DNA of 13,042 nucleotides from a virus (Duplodnaviria; Heunggongvirae; Uroviricota; Caudoviricetes): IMG/VR virus record IMGVR_UViG_2585427782_000003, positions 1 to 13,042 of that record; one strand, 5' to 3'. Shown piece by piece: positions 7,920 to 13,042 of this stretch (position 1 is its first letter; each line of letters starts with the position of its first letter). The notes under the pieces were generated by a model. It saw only the letters and a program-made list of their open reading frames with translations, ran no database searches and was not told where the DNA came from. The position numbers and the translations under genes were made by a program.

Positions 7920-8164
7920 TTAGTTTCCTTGTTTATGCCTTGCTGGTGATGTTCTGAAAAGTATAAATGATATTTTTGATTGTAAACCATAGAGCAGAAT
8001 TATTTTTCTGATGTTGTTTATTGTTTATTTAAATGCAGGGTGGTTTATATCTCGTCTTGTAGTTTATCCATGCATATCTGCTTGATGATGAGGTTTTTAT
8101 TTAAGGTATGGTTTTGTGTTTTTTCTGTATTACATGTCAGGTATTTTAAAGAATCATTTTTCAG

Positions 8165-10036
8165 ATGGTGGAAAGAACCATGGCATTTAAACACTATGAT
8201 GTTGTCAGGGCGGCGTCGCCGTCAGATCTTGCGGAAAAGCTGACACATAAACTGAAAGAGGGCTGGCAGCCGTTTGGTAGTCCGGTGGCCATAACCCCTT
8301 ATACCCTGATGCAGGCGATTGCAGCAGAAGGTGATGTGGTGGTCAGTGGTGCAACTGAGCCGGATTGGTACTACGTCATCGTACTGGCCGGGCAGTCCAA
8401 TGCCATGGCTTACGGTGAAGGGCTTCCGCTGCCGGATTCATACGATGCGCCCCATCCGCGCATTAAGCAACTGGCCCGTCGTAACACAGTGACTCCCGGT
8501 GGTGAAGTATGCGTATTTAACGACATCATTCCTGCTGACCATTGTCTGCATGATGTTCAGGATATGAGTACGATTAACCATCCCCGGGCTGACCTGAGCA
8601 AAGGGCAGTACGGCTGTGTCGGACAGGGCTTACATATTGCCAAAAAACTGCTTCCGTATATCCCGAATAACGCGGGGATCCTGCTGGTACCATGCTGTCG
8701 TGGTGGTTCGGCATTCACCCAGGGCGCGGAGGGGACATTCAGTGCGGACACGGGGGCCAGCCAGGATTCGGCACGCTGGGGTGTGGGTAAACCGTTATAT
8801 CAGGACCTGATCGCACGCACCAAAGCGGCATTACAGAAGAACCCGAAAAATGTGTTGCTGGCGGTGTGCTGGATGCAGGGCGAATTTGACATGAGCGCTG
8901 CCACCTACGCACAGCAACCGGACCTGTTCACGGCCATGCTGAAGCAGTTCCGTACTGACCTTTCCGGATTTAACGCGCAGTGCCATGGCGGCAGTGCTGC
9001 AGTTGTACCGTGGATTTGTGGCGACACGACGTATTACTGGAAAAACACATACGGCACACAGTATGACTCCGTCTACGGCGCGTACAAAAACAGGGAGAGC
9101 GACAACGTTTTCTTTGTGCCGTTCATGACCGACGGTAACGGCAACAACACGCCCACCAACTTACCGGCAGAAGACCCGGATATTGCTGATGCAGGTTATT
9201 ACGGCGCGCAATCCCGTAGTAATGGTAATTGGGTATCGTCAAATCGTCCGACACATTTCAGTTCATGGGCGCGCAGGGGCATTATTTCGGATCGCCTGGC
9301 AACCGCTATTCTGAACGCAGTTGGTCGAACCAGCGCCTTCATCAGCGGTACCGCACCGGAGATTAAACCCTCGCCCGGCGGCGACACGCCATCGGGGCCG
9401 TCTGATGGTGACACATCCGTTCGTACAGTCTCCCTGCTGCCGACAGCCGGAGAGGCTGCTGCGCAGGGCTGGACCATCACCGGCGGCAGTGTTGCGCTGG
9501 AAGATGGTGTGTTTAAGGTTACCAAGCAGAGCAATAAAACCTGGTCCCTGATGCATCCGGTGGATGACGCAGTCTCCCTGCTGACACGGGGTGGCAGACT
9601 GAGCTGTAAGTTTCGACTGTCAGGCGCACTGATCAACAACCAGTTCGGTCTGGGAATTTATCTGTATACCGATGTAGCGTTACCTGACGTCGTGGCGATG
9701 ACCGGGACTGGTAACCCGTTCCTGATGTCGTTCTTCACCCAGACCACAGACGGCAAACTGAATCTGATGCATCACAGGAAAGCAGGAAACACAAAGTTGG
9801 GCGAGTTCGGGAATTACAGTAACGACTGGCAGACGCTGGAGCTGGTGTTCACCGCCGGCAGTGCCACGGTTACTCCGAAACTGAATGGAGTGGCTGGCCC
9901 GGCATTCCAGGTCATAAAAGACAGTCTGACACTGGGGCTGAATGCGCTGACGCTGACGGATATTACCAAAAATGCAGCGTATGGCGTTGAGATAGAAAGT
10001 CTGGTGCTGGAGATAAATGCACCGGCATCATCATAA
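8165..10036 (+). CDS. nanS: Prophage sialate O-acetylesterase (NanS-p / YjhS-like, SASA domain)
   Basis: 623-aa ORF with VIVLAGQSNAMAYGEG esterase motif; occupies the position immediately upstream of the holin as in Stx-phage late regions; true start may be the ATG at 8180 (MAFKHYD), which has a weak purine-rich upstream stretch. Confidence 0.8.
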   Translation: MVERTMAFKHYDVVRAASPSDLAEKLTHKLKEGWQPFGSPVAITPYTLMQAIAAEGDVVVSGATEPDWYYVIVLAGQSNAMAYGEGLPLPDSYDAPHPRIKQLARRNTVTPGGEVCVFNDIIPADHCLHDVQDMSTINHPRADLSKGQYGCVGQGLHIAKKLLPYIPNNAGILLVPCCRGGSAFTQGAEGTFSADTGASQDSARWGVGKPLYQDLIARTKAALQKNPKNVLLAVCWMQGEFDMSAATYAQQPDLFTAMLKQFRTDLSGFNAQCHGGSAAVVPWICGDTTYYWKNTYGTQYDSVYGAYKNRESDNVFFVPFMTDGNGNNTPTNLPAEDPDIADAGYYGAQSRSNGNWVSSNRPTHFSSWARRGIISDRLATAILNAVGRTSAFISGTAPEIKPSPGGDTPSGPSDGDTSVRTVSLLPTAGEAAAQGWTITGGSVALEDGVFKVTKQSNKTWSLMHPVDDAVSLLTRGGRLSCKFRLSGALINNQFGLGIYLYTDVALPDVVAMTGTGNPFLMSFFTQTTDGKLNLMHHRKAGNTKLGEFGNYSNDWQTLELVFTAGSATVTPKLNGVAGPAFQVIKDSLTLGLNALTLTDITKNAAYGVEIESLVLEINAPASS

Positions 10037-10120
10037 AAAGTGAGCCAGTCAAATGGAAGGTATCGTTAAACTCACCGGTAGTGTCAGTGGGTCGTCTGAG
10101 ATGCCTGCATGAGTTATCAG

Positions 10121-10152
10121 AGCCATCAGTACTTAACTGGTGGCTTTTTTTA
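10121..10152 (+). terminator. Intrinsic terminator between nanS-p and holin
   Basis: Hairpin AGCCATCAG-TACTTAA-CTGGTGGCT (one G-U pair) followed by TTTTTTTA. Confidence 0.55.
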
Positions 10153-10186
10153 TTGTTGTCAGCTTCCGGATAACGGGAGACGGGGT

Positions 10187-10402
10187 ATGTACCAGATGGA
10201 AAAAATCACAACAGGTGTGTCATACACCACGTCAGCGGTGGGAACGGGCTACTGGTTCCTGCAGTTGCTGGACAGGGTTTCCCCGTCTCAGTGGGCGGCA
10301 ATAGGCGTGCTGGGGAGTCTGCTGTTTGGGTTGCTGACATATCTGACTAACCTGTATTTCAAAATCAGAGAGGACCGTCGTAAGGCGGCGCGGGGAGAGT
10401 AA
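10187..10402 (+). CDS. S: Class II holin (phage 21 S-type pinholin)
   Basis: 71-aa product [15 protein letters not shown]...[22 protein letters not shown] with two predicted TMDs and a charged C-terminus; GGGAGA 6 nt upstream; dual-start Met1/Met4. Confidence 0.85.
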   Translation: MYQMEKITTGVSYTTSAVGTGYWFLQLLDRVSPSQWAAIGVLGSLLFGLLTYLTNLYFKIREDRRKAARGE

Positions 10403-10406
10403 AGCG

Positions 10407-10751
10407 ATGAAGAAAAAATACGAACTGGTTGTTAAAGGGATAAATAATTACCCGAATAAGATTACTGTTACTGTGGCACTGGAAATTGGTGGGTATCCGT
10501 CACTGTTGTTGCCAGATGTGGCGATTAGTCTTGACCGTACTGAAGATGCCACGCTGGAGTTTTACGAAGCTGAGGCGAAAAAGCAGGCGAAGCAGTTTTT
10601 CATGGATGTTGCTGCCGGGTTATGTGAAGGGGATGGTCCGTTGCCGGAAAAGCGCCCCGTAATTTTAGAGGCGCAGGATGTGTTGATAACCTACAGAGGA
10701 AAACTACCGGGAATAATTACTGGTTCTCTGAAGACTCCACCGCTGGCCTGA
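10407..10751 (+). CDS. YdfR-like hypothetical protein located between holin and endolysin
   Basis: 114-aa ORF starting 4 nt after the holin stop; the Qin lysis cassette of E. coli K-12 has a gene (ydfR) in this same position; sequence identity to YdfR not verifiable from memory. Confidence 0.6.
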   Translation: MKKKYELVVKGINNYPNKITVTVALEIGGYPSLLLPDVAISLDRTEDATLEFYEAEAKKQAKQFFMDVAAGLCEGDGPLPEKRPVILEAQDVLITYRGKLPGIITGSLKTPPLA

Positions 10752-10801
10752 AGACTTAACATATCCAGGGATTTGAAATCGATAAACCCTGATAAATATC
10801 C

Positions 10802-11335
10802 ATGAACACCAAAATCAAATACGGCCTGTCGGCTGCCGTTCTGGCGCTGATTGCCGCAGGTGCGCCTGCGCCTGAAATCCTCGACCAGTTTCTGGATGAA
10901 AAGGAAGGTAACCACACCACGGCATACCGTGATGGCGCGGGTATCTGGACCATCTGCCGCGGTGCCATCCTGGTGGATGGCAAACCTGTCGTTCCGGGCA
11001 TGAAGTTGTCGAAGGAAAAATGCGACCGGGTTAACGCCATTGAGCGTGATAAGGCGCTGGCATGGGTGGAGAAAAACATCAGAGTGCCATTGAGTGAACC
11101 CCAGAAAGCGGGGATCGCGTCATTCTGTCCGTACAACATTGGCCCCGGTAAGTGTTTTCCGTCGACGTTTTATAAACGAATTAATGCAGGTGATCGCAGG
11201 GGAGCGTGTGAGGCGATTCGCTGGTGGATTAAGGACGGTGGCAGAGACTGCCGTATTCGCTCAAATAACTGTTACGGTCAGGTATCCCGTCGTGACCAGG
11301 AGAGCGCGCTGGCGTGCTGGGGAATCGACAGATAA
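10802..11335 (+). CDS. R: SAR endolysin (GH24 T4-type lysozyme with N-terminal signal-arrest-release domain)
   Basis: 177-aa ORF; N-terminal weakly hydrophobic Gly/Ala-rich segment LSAAVLALIAAGAPAP; catalytic E-x8-D-x5-T pattern in EGNHTTAYRDGAGIWTICRG. Confidence 0.9.
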   Translation: MNTKIKYGLSAAVLALIAAGAPAPEILDQFLDEKEGNHTTAYRDGAGIWTICRGAILVDGKPVVPGMKLSKEKCDRVNAIERDKALAWVEKNIRVPLSEPQKAGIASFCPYNIGPGKCFPSTFYKRINAGDRRGACEAIRWWIKDGGRDCRIRSNNCYGQVSRRDQESALACWGIDR

Positions 11336-11427
11336 GCAGAATATTTTGCTAATCAATGACGTTGGCCAAGGCGGACGGATAACACGAAATCCTGCGAACT
11401 GGCAAAATGTAAGTGAATAAAAGTAAA

Positions 11428-11462
11428 AACCCCGTTTGTTGGCTGCAAGCGGGGTTTTGTGT
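11428..11462 (+). terminator. Terminator-like hairpin between endolysin and Rz
   Basis: 11-bp stem AACCCCGTTTG/CAAGCGGGGTT (one G-U), loop TTGGCTG, followed by TTGTGTTT; A-run precedes it so it could act in either direction. Confidence 0.45.
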
Positions 11463-11533
11463 TTCCTGACTCTGGAAAAGTCAAAGGAGAAAGTGTGTTT
11501 GATTTTAGCAAACTGATTCGGGAGATTCGAGTG

Positions 11534-11632
11534 ATGGCTGGAAAATTATCCACCTGGAAGTTCATTCTTATCTGGCTGGTGTTTGTGATTATGGCCTCCG
11601 GTTATTTCATCGGTCAGATACGCTGGTGGTGA
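11534..11632 (+). CDS. Small hydrophobic protein (32 aa, single predicted TMD), translationally coupled to Rz
   Basis: ORF MAGKLSTWKFILIWLVFVIMASGYFIGQIRWW; GGGAGA 8 nt upstream; stop TGA 11630-11632 sits 1 nt before the Rz ATG; an in-frame GTG at 11495 could extend it to 45 aa; below the size cutoff of the ORF track. Confidence 0.35.
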   Translation: MAGKLSTWKFILIWLVFVIMASGYFIGQIRWW

Positions 11633-11633
11633 A

Positions 11634-12101
11634 ATGAACCGCGTACTGTGCGTGGTCATCATTGCCCTGCTGGTGGCCTGTGGTGCGCTTAGTCTGGGGC
11701 TGAATCATTACCGTGATAACGCCATAACCTACAAAGAGCAGCGCGATAAAAAAGTCAGTGAGCTGGAGCAGGCAAATGCAACCATTACTGATATGCAGCA
11801 GCGCCAGCGTGATGTTGCTGCACTTGATGCCAGATACTCGAGGGAATTAGCCGATGCGAGAGCTGAAAATGAAACTCTGCGCGCTGACGTTGCCGCTGGT
11901 CGTAAGCGCCTGCGGATCAACGCCACCTGCCCCGGTACCGTGCGTGAAGCCCCCACCACCTCCGGCGTGGATAATGCAACCGGCCCCCGACTGGCAGACA
12001 CCGCTGAACGGGATTATTTCACTCTCAGAGAGCGGTTGATGCTGACGCAGAAGCAGCTGGAAGTGGCGCAGGAATATATCCGCACTCAGTGCCTGAAATA
12101 A
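11634..12101 (+). CDS. Rz: Rz i-spanin (inner-membrane spanin subunit)
   Basis: 155-aa ORF with N-terminal TMD and strong similarity to lambda Rz as recalled (NHYRDNAITYK, RQRDVAALDA, ADTAERDYFTLRERL). Confidence 0.9.
   Translation: MNRVLCVVIIALLVACGALSLGLNHYRDNAITYKEQRDKKVSELEQANATITDMQQRQRDVAALDARYSRELADARAENETLRADVAAGRKRLRINATCPGTVREAPTTSGVDNATGPRLADTAERDYFTLRERLMLTQKQLEVAQEYIRTQCLK
11854..12039 (+). CDS. Rz1: Rz1 o-spanin (outer-membrane lipoprotein), embedded in the +1 frame of Rz
   Basis: 61-aa ORF with lipobox LVVSAC and the proline-rich CVKPPPPPAWIMQP...WQTPLNGIIS segment characteristic of lambda Rz1. Confidence 0.85.
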   Translation: MRELKMKLCALTLPLVVSACGSTPPAPVPCVKPPPPPAWIMQPAPDWQTPLNGIISLSESG

Positions 12102-12195
12102 GTTTTGCTGATGCGCGGTATTGTCGCCGTATCCCCGCATTAACAGAGACCGCAGCCCGACCGGGAGACTCCTCTGCGCGAGTGTGCGGGGATAA

Positions 12196-13042
12196 TCAAA
12201 AACGATACACACCGGGGTTTCTGCAGCAAAAACCTCTGAAACAAATGCAAAGACTTCAGCAGATAATGCTGCTTCCTCTAAGGCGGCAGCCGCATCGTCA
12301 GCCAGTTCAGCGGCGTCATCGGCATCATCTGCGTCTGCTTCAAAAGATGAGGCGACCAGACAAGCGTCAGCAGCGAAAGGTAGTGCCACGACAGCAACAA
12401 TGAAAGCATCAGAGGCAGCTGGTAGTGTGACGGCGGCAGCTCAGAGCAAAAGTACGGCGGAATCCGCGGCAACGCGCGCCGAGACAGCAGCAAAACGGGC
12501 AGAGGATATTGCATCCGCCGTGGCGCTGGAGGATGCGAGCACGACGAAAAAGGGGATAGTACAGCTCAGCAGTGCGACCAACAGCACTTCCGAGTCACTG
12601 GCGGCAACGCCAAAAGCGGTTAAGGCGGTAATGGGTGAAACGAACAAGAAAGCGCCCTTAAATAGTCCTGCACTGACCGGAACGCCAACAACACCAACTG
12701 CGCGACAGGGAACGAATAATACCCAAATCGCAAGCACGGCTTATGTTATGGCTGCGATCGCTGCCCTCGTGGACTCGTCGCCTGACGCACTGAATACGCT
12801 GAACGAGCTGGCTGCGGCGTTGGGCAACGACCCGAATTTTGCGACCACCATGACTAACGCGCTTGCGGGTAAGCAACCGAAAGATGCCACCCTGACGGCG
12901 CTGGCCGGGCTTGCTACTGCGGCAGACAGGTTTCCGTATTTTACGGGGAATGATGTTGCCAGTCTGGCAACCCTGACAAAAGTTGGGCGGGATATTCTTG
13001 CGAAATCGACCGTTGCCGCCGTTATCGAATACCTCGGTTTAC
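12196..13042 (+). CDS. stf: Side tail fibre protein, internal portion; 5'-truncated (likely pseudogene or fragment), continues past window end
   Basis: Open frame from the in-frame TAA at 12193-12195 to the window end with no ATG/GTG/TTG before 12400; translation is Ala/Ser/Thr-rich then KKGIVQLSSATNSTSESLAATPKAVKAVM...DALNTLNELAAALGNDPNFATTMTNALAGKQPK...DILAKSTVAAVIEYLGL, matching the conserved region of lambdoid Stf proteins as recalled. Confidence 0.75.

Noticed and set aside
7293-8164. Shiga toxin genes (stxA/stxB) in the canonical slot
   Set aside because: No ORF of StxA size (~320 aa) or StxB size (~90 aa with signal peptide) exists on the plus strand here; stx is absent.
8040-8243. 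67-aa plus-strand ORF overlapping the nanS-p start
   Set aside because: AT-rich, no ribosome-binding site, overlaps the 5' end of nanS-p in another frame.
8557-9639. ORFs within nanS-p in other frames or antisense (8557-8751, 8616-8810, 9199-9639, 9263-9556, 9321-9551)
   Set aside because: Embedded in the nanS-p coding region; no independent support.
10109-10186. N-terminal extension of the holin to 97 aa
   Set aside because: The extension would span the intrinsic terminator at 10121-10152 and lacks an RBS, whereas the ATG at 10187 has GGGAGA upstream and gives the canonical 71-aa pinholin.
10691-11565. ORFs overlapping the endolysin region (10691-10915 minus, 10756-11139 minus, 11094-11420 plus, 11353-11565 minus)
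   Set aside because: Antisense or alternate-frame to the endolysin, or spanning the hairpin and small ORF region without an RBS.
11729-12876. ORFs overlapping Rz and the tail-fibre frame (11729-12001 minus, 11847-12389 minus, 12089-12403 plus, 12278-12514 minus, 12441-12737 minus, 12658-12876 minus)
   Set aside because: Low-complexity products (Asp/Ala-rich or Arg/Gln-rich) that arise from reading a GC-rich Ala/Ser-repeat region in the wrong frame or strand; Rz, Rz1 and stf frames are the ones with recognisable protein motifs.

Overview
This window reads as a segment of an Escherichia-type lambdoid prophage (Stx-phage-like / Qin-like layout), oriented left to right in the direction of late transcription. 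Order of features: a complete IS5 copy (222-1417); a queH-like gene; a hok-family toxin locus; nin-region genes (small protein, DUF968/YdfU-like protein, RusA); a Q-like antiterminator followed by a lambda-like PR'/qut/tR' module; a small HTH-like ORF; an orphan beta-class DNA amino-methyltransferase; three rare-codon tRNA genes (Ile-CAU, Arg-UCG, Arg-UCU); an AT-rich ~0.85 kb cargo slot with one minus-strand ORF (this is where stx sits in Stx phages; no stx here); a nanS-p-type sialate O-acetylesterase; and a lysis cassette (S21-type pinholin, YdfR-like ORF, SAR endolysin, a 32-aa hydrophobic ORF, Rz with embedded Rz1). Directly after Rz an Ala/Ser-rich side-tail-fibre reading frame starts without a start codon and runs off the window, so the packaging, head and tail genes appear deleted and the prophage is probably defective. 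No CRISPR array and no rRNA were seen. All calls rest on reading the sequence and recalled family knowledge; no database search was run. The candidates I would look at first for something undescribed are the minus-strand ORF in the cargo slot, the small ORF plus orphan methyltransferase downstream of tR', and the 32-aa ORF coupled to Rz.
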